DNA from: Bacillus subtilis subsp. subtilis str. 168
Lineage (GTDB): Bacteria; Bacillota; Bacilli; Bacillales; Bacillaceae
Assembly: GCF_000009045.1 (NCBI RefSeq)
Contig: NC_000964.3
Span: 3,630,001 to 3,662,000, forward strand
DNA length: 32,000 nt
Direction: 5' to 3'
The notes below the pieces were generated by a model. The model made no database searches. It saw only the letters and a list, made by a program, of their open reading frames with translations, and was not told the origin of the DNA. Each line of letters opens with the position of its first letter. Positions within the stretch are counted from its first letter, which is position 1. Positions 1-8,244 of this stretch are shown one piece after another. Position numbers and translations under genes: made by a program.

Positions 1-835
1 AGAGGTTATCGATGCCGAATGCTTTTTCCGCCTTCGTCATTCCTTCTTCAGTAAGCTGTACAGCTTTTGTTTTGATATCGTACGTGTAATCCTTCTCCGC
101 TTTTAACGTGCGGACAAAAGCATTTGCCTGTACGTACAGCTTAGTGGATTTTGCAGCTTGTCCAGAAATGATAAGCGGTGTTCTTGCTTCATCAATTAAA
201 ATAGAGTCAACTTCATCTATTACCGCAAAATGAAGCGGGCGCTGAACCATCTGCTCTTTATAAAGAACCATATTGTCACGCAAATAGTCGAAGCCAAGCT
301 CGTTGTTTGTGGAGTAAGTAATATCAGCGGCATAAGCTTCCCGTTTTTCGTCTTTTGACATTGAGTTTAAATTCAAACCGACAGTCAAACCGAGAAACTC
401 GAAAATTTTCCCCATTTGCTCAGCGTCACGGCTTGCCAAGTATTCGTTGACAGTCACGACGTGTACGCCTTTACCGGTTAACGCATTTAAATAAACAGGC
501 AGGGTAGACGTTAATGTTTTCCCTTCCCCTGTTTTCATTTCCGCTATATTTCCGTCATGAAGCGCCACGCCCCCCATGAGCTGGACTTTAAACGGAAACA
601 TGCCTGTTACGCGGCGTGAAGCTTCTCGAACAACAGCGAAAGCTTCAACAAGAAGATCATCCGTTGTCGCCCCTTTTTCAAGACGCTCTTTAAATTCAAT
701 TGTTTTATGTTTCAATGCGTCGTCAGAGAGATTTTCATAGTCTCCGCGAATCGCATCAATATCGTTAGCAATTTTTTCGTATCTATTCAGCGTACGTTTT
801 GTTGGATCAAACATTTTATTTAAAATTCCAAGCAT
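1..835 (-). CDS. secA: Preprotein translocase ATPase SecA, N-terminal ~278 aa (rest lies beyond the window start)
   Basis: The minus frame is open from the window edge to the ATG at 833-835. The translation starts [31 protein letters not shown] and includes the Walker A stretch [21 protein letters not shown] (about 490-550). A GAGGAG Shine-Dalgarno (SD) sits at 844-849, 8 nt before the ATG. Confidence 0.95.
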   Translation of the reverse strand, partial: MLGILNKMFDPTKRTLNRYEKIANDIDAIRGDYENLSDDALKHKTIEFKERLEKGATTDDLLVEAFAVVREASRRVTGMFPFKVQLMGGVALHDGNIAEMKTGEGKTLTSTLPVYLNALTGKGVHVVTVNEYLASRDAEQMGKIFEFLGLTVGLNLNSMSKDEKREAYAADITYSTNNELGFDYLRDNMVLYKEQMVQRPLHFAVIDEVDSILIDEARTPLIISGQAAKSTKLYVQANAFVRTLKAEKDYTYDIKTKAVQLTEEGMTKAEKAFGIDNL

Positions 836-949
836 TTATAACGCTCCTCTATCATCACACGCCTATTTTAGAGGCATGTATAAATAATTTACTAGTCCAT
901 GTATACCTCTCATTATCATATCATACCTTTTGTTATTTCCAAAGAATTT

Positions 950-993
950 GCAAATAAGAAAAACAAAAACCTTCCGCGGACATCACGGAAGGC
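950..993 (-). terminator. Intrinsic terminator of hpf
   Basis: The minus strand reads CCTTCCG-tgatgtccg-CGGAAGG (stems at 970-976 and 986-992). It is followed by TTTTTGTTTTTCTTATTT, and the hairpin starts about 10 nt after the hpf stop. Confidence 0.8.
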
Positions 994-1002
994 TTCTCTT
1001 CA

Positions 1003-1572
1003 TTATTCAGTCGGTTCAATTAAGCCATATTTCCCGTCATTTCTGCGGTACACGACATTTGTAAGGTTTGTTTCCGCATTTGTGAAAACAAAGAAATTAT
1101 GGCCGAGCATATTCATTTGCAAGATCGCTTCTTCACTATCCATCGGCTTTAAATTAAAGCGTTTCTGACGGACGATGTCCAAGCTCTCCTCCTCTTCTAT
1201 GTCATCCTGAACCGCAATATCTGTATCAGAGCCAAGACCGTTTGCCAATAAATATTTTGGAGAGCCCTGCTCACGGAATTTACGGTTTACTTTCGTTTTA
1301 TGCTTACGGATTTGACGTTCCAGTTTGTTTGTTGCGAGATCAATTGCGTTGTACATATCCTCGTTATGCACCTCGGACCGAAGCGCCAGATCTGTCATCG
1401 GAATCGTAACCTCAACCTTAGACTCCTTGTCATTGTAAAACTTCAAGTTGACGTTCACATCAGCATCCACGCTATGGTCAAAATAGCGCTCCAGCTTGCC
1501 GATCTTCCTCTCGACATGATCCTTTAACGCGGGTGTCACTTCAATATTTTCTCCTCTGATGTTATAGTTCAT
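1003..1572 (-). CDS. hpf: Ribosome hibernation-promoting factor, long form (YvyD)
   Basis: The ORF track starts at a TTG at 1575. The ATG at 1570-1572 follows a GGGAGG SD and gives 189 aa starting MNYNIRGENIEVTPALKDHVERKIGKLERYF. This is the S30AE/HPF N-terminal domain plus the C-terminal dimerisation domain typical of Firmicutes long HPF. Confidence 0.95.
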   Translation of the reverse strand: MNYNIRGENIEVTPALKDHVERKIGKLERYFDHSVDADVNVNLKFYNDKESKVEVTIPMTDLALRSEVHNEDMYNAIDLATNKLERQIRKHKTKVNRKFREQGSPKYLLANGLGSDTDIAVQDDIEEEESLDIVRQKRFNLKPMDSEEAILQMNMLGHNFFVFTNAETNLTNVVYRRNDGKYGLIEPTE

Positions 1573-1617
1573 CAAAGAACGCCTCCCTTTTATTAAGGAT
1601 ATGTATCTATTTCTCTT

Positions 1618-1643
1618 TTACCCTTTACAATTCCTGCTGAAAC
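1618..1643 (-). promoter_or_regulatory. Sigma-B-type promoter of hpf, overlapped by a sigma-H-like -35
   Basis: The minus strand reads GTTTCA (1638-1643), a 14-nt spacer, then GGGTAA (1618-1623). The sigma-B consensus is GTTTAA-N12-15-GGGWAW. An AGGAATT motif (1629-1635) followed by GAGAAAT resembles a sigma-H promoter. hpf/yvyD is reported to be sigma-B and sigma-H dependent. Confidence 0.65.
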
Positions 1644-1762
1644 ATAAATCTTTTGTGAAAATTCAGTGAACTTTGTCGAATTTTGTTTGTATTTGCTCTG
1701 TTATTGGCGGTTCGGAGGTATATGTATATGCTGATTGAACGAAACAAATACCTCACACACGC

Positions 1763-2149
1763 CTAATTGATTAAAAAGGGTTCCATACATTGATGAATAG
1801 ACAGCATCCATTTTCTATAATGAATCAGAAAATGTTCCTTTAAATACTCACAGAACTCATGAGAGGGAAAAGAGAAAGAGACCAATTGATCAAACTCCGC
1901 AAAAATTTGGTCAAATGCTTTCACACAAATTTCAGCACACCGCGAATCCATAATGAAGAGAAGTGTTGAATGTGTTGAATCCAAATAAAAAAAGGCTTGG
2001 ATCAGATCTTGGTAGATCCGATCCCCTTCTGTTTTTGATAAATTCTCTTCAGCCTCTATCAAATAACACAACCCCTCTTCGATGGTAAAAAGAAGATGAT
2101 AATAAGCTGATAAAAGCGTATAATCTTCAATGCTCTTCAAGGCACTCAC
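1763..2149 (-). CDS. yvzG: Small acidic helical protein of unknown function, encoded directly after fliT
   Basis: This is a 128-aa ORF with a GTG start at 2147-2149 that abuts the fliT stop (TAGGTG). I recognise no domain or motif. The gene symbol is recalled from the 168 gene order only. Confidence 0.55.
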   Translation of the reverse strand: MSALKSIEDYTLLSAYYHLLFTIEEGLCYLIEAEENLSKTEGDRIYQDLIQAFFYLDSTHSTLLFIMDSRCAEICVKAFDQIFAEFDQLVSFSFPSHEFCEYLKEHFLIHYRKWMLSIHQCMEPFLIN

Positions 2150-2491
2150 CTATTTACGCTTGTCATAATATGTGCCGTCAATCGTAATGTTGTTATAAGG
2201 GTTTAAATACGTCGTATGCATCACACGTTTTCTTTTCATCTGCTGAAGTTCTGTTGCGATTGACTGCTTCAGTCTTTCCATTTCCTTCACAATCAGCTGA
2301 TCCCATGTCAAAATAAGTTTCATCTGCTTTCGCTCTTCTTCTGAAAGCGGCAGAGATATCTCCTGAATCAGTTCAGACCGTGTAGCCACAAAGTCTTCAA
2401 TTTGCTTTAAAAGTTCATCGCTTTCCGGCGTATTTTGTATGTGTGACAGCATACTCTTCGTCTCAGTGTATAGTTGATCTATATTATTCAT
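2150..2491 (-). CDS. fliT: Flagellar export chaperone FliT
   Basis: This is a 113-aa helical protein. Its start overlaps the fliS stop in an ATGA motif (2488-2491), and it holds the third position of the fliD-fliS-fliT arrangement. Confidence 0.85.
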   Translation of the reverse strand: MNNIDQLYTETKSMLSHIQNTPESDELLKQIEDFVATRSELIQEISLPLSEEERKQMKLILTWDQLIVKEMERLKQSIATELQQMKRKRVMHTTYLNPYNNITIDGTYYDKRK

Positions 2492-2889
2492 GCGATCCCG
2501 CCTGATCCGTGCCGGTCCTTCCGCTCACTTTGAATGGCTTGTTTCCAAGCATCGCGAAAATCTGTTACATAACCTTCAACCTCAGCCAGCATGCCCGTAT
2601 CATTTTTGATATTTGCCTGTACCAATCTGCGATACATATAATCGTACATCGCACCCATAGAAGCGGAAAGCTCTATGTTACGGTTAAGTGTAAAATTTAA
2701 TTCCTGAATAATATTTTGCGCTTTAATCAGATTTTCATTTTTACGTTCCATATCATCATTCTCAATGGCCTGAGCGGCAAGTCTTATAAATTTCAAACAG
2801 CCATTATACAGCATAAGCGTCAGCTCCCCGGGTGTAGCCGTATTCACTGAATTTTGCTGATAGGCTGTATATGGATTTTGGATCGCCAT
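2488..2889 (-). CDS. fliS: Flagellin-specific chaperone FliS
   Basis: The 133-aa product starts MAIQNPYTAYQQNSVNTATPGELTLMLYNGCLKF, a typical FliS four-helix-bundle N-terminus. It lies immediately downstream of fliD. Confidence 0.95.
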   Translation of the reverse strand: MAIQNPYTAYQQNSVNTATPGELTLMLYNGCLKFIRLAAQAIENDDMERKNENLIKAQNIIQELNFTLNRNIELSASMGAMYDYMYRRLVQANIKNDTGMLAEVEGYVTDFRDAWKQAIQSERKDRHGSGGIA

Positions 2890-2910
2890 GTGTCATCCTC
2901 CAAATTACAT

Positions 2911-4407
2911 TTATTGTACAAGAAGCTGTGATAAATAGGACGCTTGTTCGTTCATTTTTTGAATCGCAGAATCCATTGCACTGAATTTTGAATAATAGCG
3001 GTTTTCTATGGTATTCAATCTGTCCTGCATATCAGTTATTTCAGTACTTATCGAGTTTAAATTTTTTCCAATGGAATAGCTACTAGCTCCCATTGTCGAG
3101 TTCCCAGCTTTAGCTTCAATACTTTTCACAGTACTTCTAAGTGTATTAGTAATCCGCTTCATAATACCTTTATCGCTATAGTTACTATCATTTGTTCCAC
3201 TTGTAAAAAGATTAGCAACTCCTTGAGGATCTTCTGCTATTTTTGCTTTCAATTTCTCTTCGTTAATCTCTAAGTGCCCTCGCAGTTGGTAAGCACTTGA
3301 AGTTGTGATGCCAAATTCAGTTAATTGATAGGTTTTCCCATCCGCATTCACTTGAGTATAAAAGTCAGTCCGCATTTGGTTCGTGCCAGTGCTGATGCTT
3401 GAATCGTTTCTCAGCAATCCGCTTTTCGCCTTCTCCTCCCAGAGCTCTACCTCTTTATCGGACATGGCTTCTTTTTGTTCACTCGTGAGTGGCGTATAGT
3501 CTCGGTATTTTTCTTCTTTCAGCTTTTCATTCAGGCTGTCAACCAGTTCATTGTATTTATCTACAAACTCTTTGATTTGGTTATAAATCCCATCAACATC
3601 AGTAGAAACAGATGTGGTAACAGGGCCTGTGGCTGCAGTTGTATTTTTAATCGAATAAGTAACACCATTCACCGTGAAATTGTTTGTCAGCTTCTCCATT
3701 TCAAAGCCGTTGATTGTGACTTTGGCATTTGTGCCTTCTTTGTAAGCAGTAAGCTTATTATCAGCATCCAAAGAAAAACCAAGCTGACCGGACATAAAGT
3801 CAGCTGTAGCAGAGTCTGCTGCCTGTATGCTTCCTCCTGCACCTGTTGCTTTAGAAGAAAACGCAATCGTTTCTACGTACTCTGTACCATTCCAAATTTT
3901 ATCTTTAAATGCTGATACTCCTAGATCTGAGCTGTTAAGTTTAGAAATCACATTATCAATCGTATCGGCACTCGTCACACTAATGTTCACTGTTTTTGCT
4001 GTTGTTTCGCCAGGCGCAACAACGTTAAATGCCAAATTGTAATCGCCTTGTGTGTATCCCGTATAATTGTTTGCCTTATACGTTGCTGCAGTTGCCAAGC
4101 TCGCCACTTCAACAGTAGACGAAGAATTTGGCGCACTTACGCTTCCTGTAGCAGTTAACACAGACTCATTAGAGCTTGTCACAGTTTTGCTCTGATACGT
4201 GCTCGGATATGTCAACGTATTTTTAGACATATAATCTTGCAATTCTTTTATTTTTGAGTTTACTTCACGATAGCTGTCACGCTGCCATTCAAGAGTCTGC
4301 TTTTTTTGTGTCAGCTTATCAAGCGGCGCTCTTTCTGTCTGCATCAGCTTTGATACGATATCATCTATATCCATTCCTGACGCCAGACCTGTTATTCTTG
4401 TGACCAT
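2911..4407 (-). CDS. fliD: Flagellar filament cap protein FliD (HAP2)
   Basis: The 498-aa product has the N-terminal motif [26 protein letters not shown] and the C-terminal FliD motif [24 protein letters not shown]. An AGGAGTGG SD precedes the ATG at 4405-4407. Confidence 0.95.
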
Positions 4408-4424
4408 CTCAAACCACTCCTATT

Positions 4425-4754
4425 CTACTTTTTTTCATCTACAAATAACCCAAGAAATTCAGTCATAGCCGCATAAAAATCAAGCCACCGTTTTGGTGGA
4501 ATTTCGCGGATCACTTCATTTGTAGAGTCCTCTATTACCTTTACATAGTATTCATTTAACTTGTCATGAAGCTCGAACTTCAGATGAACTTGCGAAGGTT
4601 CCAAAAGCTTGTTCATTTCCCCCACCATTTCAGCAAGATTGGTATATGAAACTTGATGAACAGGAACCTCGTTATCATTATCTTTCTGATTATGTATTTG
4701 AGTATCATAACGATCCCAAACAGGTTGTAACGTAGTGAGCCTTTCAATGTTCAA
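4425..4754 (-). CDS. flaG: FlaG-family flagellar protein (YvyC)
   Basis: This 109-aa ORF has a TTG start at 4752-4754 preceded by an AGGGGA SD. The nearby upstream ATG is out of frame and hits a stop at once. It is the first gene of the flaG-fliD-fliS-fliT cluster. Confidence 0.88.
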   Translation of the reverse strand: MNIERLTTLQPVWDRYDTQIHNQKDNDNEVPVHQVSYTNLAEMVGEMNKLLEPSQVHLKFELHDKLNEYYVKVIEDSTNEVIREIPPKRWLDFYAAMTEFLGLFVDEKK

Positions 4755-4786
4755 TTGATCATCCCCTATGCCCCAATCTATCGTTT

Positions 4787-4813
4787 ATATCGACTAAGTC
4801 GAGATAAGATTAC
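4787..4813 (-). promoter_or_regulatory. Sigma-D-type promoter for flaG-fliD-fliS-fliT
   Basis: The minus strand has GTCGATAT (4787-4794, 7/8 to GCCGATAT). Fifteen nt upstream is GTAA/TAAT (4810-4813, consensus TAAA). The -10 element ends about 32 nt upstream of the flaG start. Confidence 0.6.
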
Positions 4814-4940
4814 ACATATTTTTGGAAAAAAATCTTCTGTTTTAGATTTCTTGTATGGAAATACATTTATAAAAAGTTAGTGGAGAATCCGGTTATTATA
4901 TCATGAGTTAGTGACAGGATGAGGAATGATTAGGAGATAG

Positions 4941-4982
4941 AAATTTAAATTAAAAGACCCTGGCAACGCCAAGGTCTTTTTT
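4941..4982 (-). terminator. Intrinsic terminator of hag
   Basis: The minus strand reads AAAGACCTTGGC-gtt-GCCAGGGTCTTT followed by TAATTTAAATTT. It starts 4 nt after the hag TAA stop. The plus strand also shows a T-run, so it looks bidirectional. Confidence 0.85.
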
Positions 4983-4986
4983 AAAA

Positions 4987-5901
4987 TTAACGTAATAATT
5001 GAAGTACGTTTTGCGGCTGTTGGTTTGCTTGAGCAAGCATAGCTTGAGAAGCCTGAGAAAGAATGTTGTTCTTTGTGAATTCGCTCATCTCTTTAGCCAT
5101 GTCAACGTCACGGATACGAGACTCAGCAGCTGTCAAGTTTTCACCAGAAGCGCTTAAGTTGTTAATTGTGTGCTCTAGACGATTTTGTACCGCACCAAGC
5201 TTAGCACGTTGAGAAGAAACTTGGTTGATCGCTTCATCAACAACTTTCAATTGAGCATCGAAACCGATATCAGCAGTATCTGCTGCATTATCTGCGAATT
5301 TTGTTACGTCAAGATCATTAACTGAATGAAGAGCTGCAATTGAACCATCAGCTTCTTTAATTCCAAGAGCGTCAGCACCCATATCCTCAATATTTACAGA
5401 GATTTGCTGTGTAGCATTTGCTCCGATTTGGAATACCAAGTTCTTTTGATTTGCAGGAGTAGCTGTGTCAACTTTGTAAGTGCCATCGAGCAATTTCTTA
5501 CCATTGAATTCTGTACGATTTGAAATACCATCGATTTCATCTGTTAAAGCTGAAATTTCATCTTGAATAGATTGCAAATCAGTTGCTTTGTCCTGAGTTC
5601 CAGTGTTTCCAGCTTGAACAACTAGCTCACGAACACGTTGAAGGATCGCATGAGTTTCAGTTAATGCACCCTCAGCTGTTTGGATAAGAGAGATTCCGTC
5701 TTGAGAGTTTTTAGAAGCCATTTCAAGACCTCTGATTTGTCCTCTCATTTTTTCAGAGATCGCAAGACCTGCTGCGTCATCTCCCGCACGGTTGATGCGA
5801 AGACCTGAAGAAAGTTTCTCCATGTTCTTTTGGCTCGCACTGTTGTTTGAAGACAAACGGTTCAGTGTGTTAAGCGCTGCAATATTGTGGTTAATTCTCA
5901 T
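4987..5901 (-). CDS. hag: Flagellin Hag
   Basis: The 304-aa product starts MRINHNIAALNTLNRLSSNN and ends QANQQPQNVLQLLR, the conserved flagellin D0/D1 termini. The SD is GGGAGG. It is flanked by its own promoter and terminator. Confidence 0.98.
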   Translation of the reverse strand: MRINHNIAALNTLNRLSSNNSASQKNMEKLSSGLRINRAGDDAAGLAISEKMRGQIRGLEMASKNSQDGISLIQTAEGALTETHAILQRVRELVVQAGNTGTQDKATDLQSIQDEISALTDEIDGISNRTEFNGKKLLDGTYKVDTATPANQKNLVFQIGANATQQISVNIEDMGADALGIKEADGSIAALHSVNDLDVTKFADNAADTADIGFDAQLKVVDEAINQVSSQRAKLGAVQNRLEHTINNLSASGENLTAAESRIRDVDMAKEMSEFTKNNILSQASQAMLAQANQQPQNVLQLLR

Positions 5902-5910
5902 TGTTTTGTT

Positions 5911-5947
5911 CCTCCCTGAATATGTTGTTAAGGCACGTCCTTGTGCC
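5911..5947 (-). promoter_or_regulatory. hag 5' leader CsrA binding sites (GGA in a hairpin loop, plus a GGA overlapping the SD)
   Basis: The minus strand reads GGCAC-AAGGAC-GTGCC (5932-5947), which places GGA in a hairpin loop. A second GGA lies in the SD CAGGGAGGA (5911-5919). This matches the published two-site CsrA operator of hag. Confidence 0.7.
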
Positions 5948-5999
5948 CTTATTTTGTAACTGGCTGAGTCTTTTGCGCCTCCTCCCGGCTACATCATTA

Positions 6000-6026
6000 A
6001 TATCGGATTGTCTCTGATTTTGTTAA
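6000..6026 (-). promoter_or_regulatory. Sigma-D promoter of hag
   Basis: The minus strand reads TTAA (6023-6026), a 15-nt spacer, then TCCGATAT (6000-6007, 7/8 to GCCGATAT). An A/T-rich UP-like tract (GGATTTTTTTATTTTTGTA) lies immediately upstream and abuts the csrA stop. Confidence 0.85.
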
Positions 6027-6045
6027 TACAAAAATAAAAAAATCC

Positions 6046-6270
6046 TCACTTTTTTTGTGAGGATAATGCGGAGATCACATCGCTGGATAACGCTGCTGCA
6101 CGGTTATTTTCTTCCTGAATGGTCAAGTAAATTTCTTTCCTGTGAATATCAATATGCTTTGGGGCGTCAATTCCAAGCTTCACTTGATCCCCTTCAACCG
6201 CAATCACTTTTACTTCAATATCAGCACCTATTTGAATCGCTTCGTTTATTTTCCGCGATAAAACTAGCAT
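6046..6270 (-). CDS. csrA: Carbon storage regulator CsrA (translational repressor of hag)
   Basis: The 74-aa product starts [48 protein letters not shown], the canonical CsrA fold sequence. Its start overlaps the fliW stop by 7 nt, and a GGAGGAG SD lies inside fliW. Confidence 0.97.
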
Positions 6271-6695
6271 GATTCTCCTCCAATCGGATGCTTTGTCGTA
6301 TATGAGGAGTCGTGTAAAACGACTTGCTTAGCCATCATGTTCTTGCGATTCACAATAATGGGAGCCAATAAATTCGCAGTAGACTTTTCAAATGGCTCTG
6401 CCATAGTCAATATTGTCATGACTTCTACGTCTTGAATATTATCGATATCCAAAAGTTCAGCAGTTGATTCATCAAGATCAAATTCATAATTCTTAAAAAA
6501 GATAAACGGACTTACGACGATAAACGCAAGATTTTCTGAAGTGACGGACTGCAGTGCCACGAATGGAGAGTCTTCTGAAAGCGGAAGTATGACGAACTGT
6601 TTTTCTTCTAAAAAGCCTGGAATCCCGCTTTCAAAAAGAATGATTTGTTCTTCTTTTATGTTCATTTGGCCATGGTACTTCGTATGAATGATCAT
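6264..6695 (-). CDS. fliW: Flagellar assembly factor FliW (CsrA antagonist and Hag partner)
   Basis: This 143-aa ORF has FliW-family sequence ([19 protein letters not shown]) and sits directly upstream of csrA, overlapping it. Confidence 0.95.
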   Translation of the reverse strand: MIIHTKYHGQMNIKEEQIILFESGIPGFLEEKQFVILPLSEDSPFVALQSVTSENLAFIVVSPFIFFKNYEFDLDESTAELLDIDNIQDVEVMTILTMAEPFEKSTANLLAPIIVNRKNMMAKQVVLHDSSYTTKHPIGGESC

Positions 6696-6715
6696 TGTTC
6701 ACGATCCTTTTCTTT

Positions 6716-7291
6716 TTACTTTTCGGGTGATTCTTTCGGGTATTCTACATCTATATTTAAATCAGGGTATTGAAGCATGTCAACCTTAACATTTCCTGGC
6801 GTATATTCAACAATTGGCTTATGCGGCTCAGCCTGAATAACAGGCTTTCGCGGCGTAATCTGCACATCAAGCTGTGACGGAGTATATTGTATTTTCACCC
6901 TCGAAAGAGAAGGAGCATAATTTTCGCCTAATTGAATTTGGTGCATTTCAGAGTTCCTCCTTGCTTGTGAAGCGATTGGGTTCCCCTTATTTTCAATCTT
7001 CATAAGCTCGTCGCCTTCTTCTGCAGTGCGTGCTATTCCCTCCATTACATCCTCATGCCCTTGTTGGGCGGCTTCTTCAATTCTCTTGAAAACATGCTTT
7101 CTGTCTAATTCTTCCCATGCTTGTGTCTGGTCAATCGTGAGTTTTCCAGGTGTCACCGATATTTCCATTTCCGCACTCGGCTGTTCGATCTCTAGATCAG
7201 CTTGAGGCTGCTCCATTTTTAAGCTGGCAGGCGTCGTTGTTAAACCAATTTTTCCTTGAACACTATGCATAATCAATCTGGGAATCTGCAT
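6716..7291 (-). CDS. yviE: Uncharacterised acidic protein conserved in the flagellar locus (YviE)
   Basis: The ORF track begins at a GTG at 7294. The adjacent ATG at 7289-7291 lies 7 nt after an AGGAGG SD and gives 191 aa. The protein has no TM segment or known motif and shows internal pseudo-repeats rich in E/Q/P. Confidence 0.8.
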   Translation of the reverse strand: MQIPRLIMHSVQGKIGLTTTPASLKMEQPQADLEIEQPSAEMEISVTPGKLTIDQTQAWEELDRKHVFKRIEEAAQQGHEDVMEGIARTAEEGDELMKIENKGNPIASQARRNSEMHQIQLGENYAPSLSRVKIQYTPSQLDVQITPRKPVIQAEPHKPIVEYTPGNVKVDMLQYPDLNIDVEYPKESPEK

Positions 7292-7310
7292 CACTCTACC
7301 TCCTGAACTA

Positions 7311-7338
7311 TAAAAAAAGCGAACTCCTAAGAGCCGCT
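7311..7338 (-). terminator. Terminator-like hairpin plus U-tract between flgL and yviE
   Basis: The minus strand reads AGCGGCTC-tta(g)-GAGTTCGCT, about 8 bp with one bulge and one G-U pair. It is followed by TTTTTTTA and begins within the flgL stop codon. Confidence 0.45.
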
Positions 7339-8234
7339 TACTTTAAAAAGTCAATCAATGTAGGCTGAACAATTTGCGCATTAACGGCCAGAGTAGCCCT
7401 GTGCACACTTTGCTGCGCAATAAATTCAGTTATTACTTCTTCCAGTTCTACATCTTCATTGTCTGATAACACTTTGGTAGCTGTTTCTTCTTGCGCTGAC
7501 AGTCTTGTATTAACCAGTTCAAGACGATTATATCTCGCTCCAAGATCAGATCGTTCAGCGCTCATGCCGTCAGAAAAATGATCAATATCATTTAAAACAC
7601 TGTCCATGCCATCTAGCGAACCAGAATTTAGTGCTTTCTCAAAAGAATCAAGCATTTCAAATACATTCTGCCCGCTTTCAGAAGTGCCTCCAAAAGCTGA
7701 CTTTGGATCTGAATTCACTTTCAATGACATATTATTTGATATATTGACTACGACATCAGCTGTATCAGAAATTGTATAAGTTCCGTCTCCGTTATCTGTA
7801 ACCGGAGGCTTATCTGAATTTGTGCCATTAAAGATATATCTGCCGTTCACTTGTGTATTCGCAATATTTAAAAGCTGTTCCTTTAACTGCTTTACCTCTA
7901 CGCCAATCGCTTGCCGCTCCGGCTCGCCGTTTGTATCATTTTGAGCTTCAACCGCTAATTCTCTGACCTTTGACAAGATGTCAATTCCTTCTGTAATGTT
8001 TGTTTCTGTGTTTTCGAGCCAGGTAAAGGCTTGAGAAGCATTGCTTTTGTACTGCTGCACTTGAGACAGTTGCGTATTATACTTTAAGCTTTTCATTGCT
8101 ACTACAGGATCGTCGGAAGCTTTTGAGATTTTTTTTCCTGAAGAAATCTGCGACTGGAGTTTATCCAGCTTCGAGTAGCTTGAACCGATATATCTCAGTG
8201 AGTTTTGCTGTATCATGCCTTGTGTTACTCTCAT
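7338..8234 (-). CDS. flgL: Flagellar hook-filament junction protein FlgL (HAP3)
   Basis: The 298-aa product has flagellin-like N- and C-termini ([36 protein letters not shown] ... [18 protein letters not shown]). Confidence 0.95.
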
Positions 8235-8244
8235 GTGACTCTAC

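Noticed and set aside
899-1527. Plus-strand ORFs 899-1168 (89 aa) and 1300-1527 (75 aa)
   Set aside because: Both are antisense to hpf or its terminator, have no SD, and give low-complexity, non-protein-like translations. They are shadow ORFs of the real minus-strand gene.
1693-1742. Hairpin GAGGTAT/ATACCTC downstream of yvzG as a terminator
   Set aside because: It has a 7-bp stem with a 26-nt loop and no following U-tract, so it does not meet intrinsic-terminator criteria.
2509-4042. Plus-strand ORFs 2509-2700, 3475-3915 and 3827-4042, antisense to fliS and fliD
   Set aside because: They are nested entirely inside strongly supported flagellar genes, give Cys/Phe-rich atypical translations, and have no promoter or SD signals.
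4875-4913. 8-bp direct repeat AGTTAGTG (4875-4882 and 4906-4913) in the hag-flaG spacer
   Set aside because: A single 8-mer recurrence in a 232-bp AT-rich region is close to chance expectation. There is no further periodicity and no dyad symmetry.
6057-6272. Plus-strand 71-aa ORF covering csrA exactly in antisense
   Set aside because: It mirrors csrA almost end to end, which is a typical antisense shadow frame. It has no SD, and csrA identity on the minus strand is unambiguous.
6733-6759. Sigma-D-like motif TAAA-N15-CCCGAAAG near the 3' end of yviE, upstream of fliW
   Set aside because: Only 5/8 positions match in the critical -10 element, and the conserved GATAT core is missing. That is too weak to call without TSS data.
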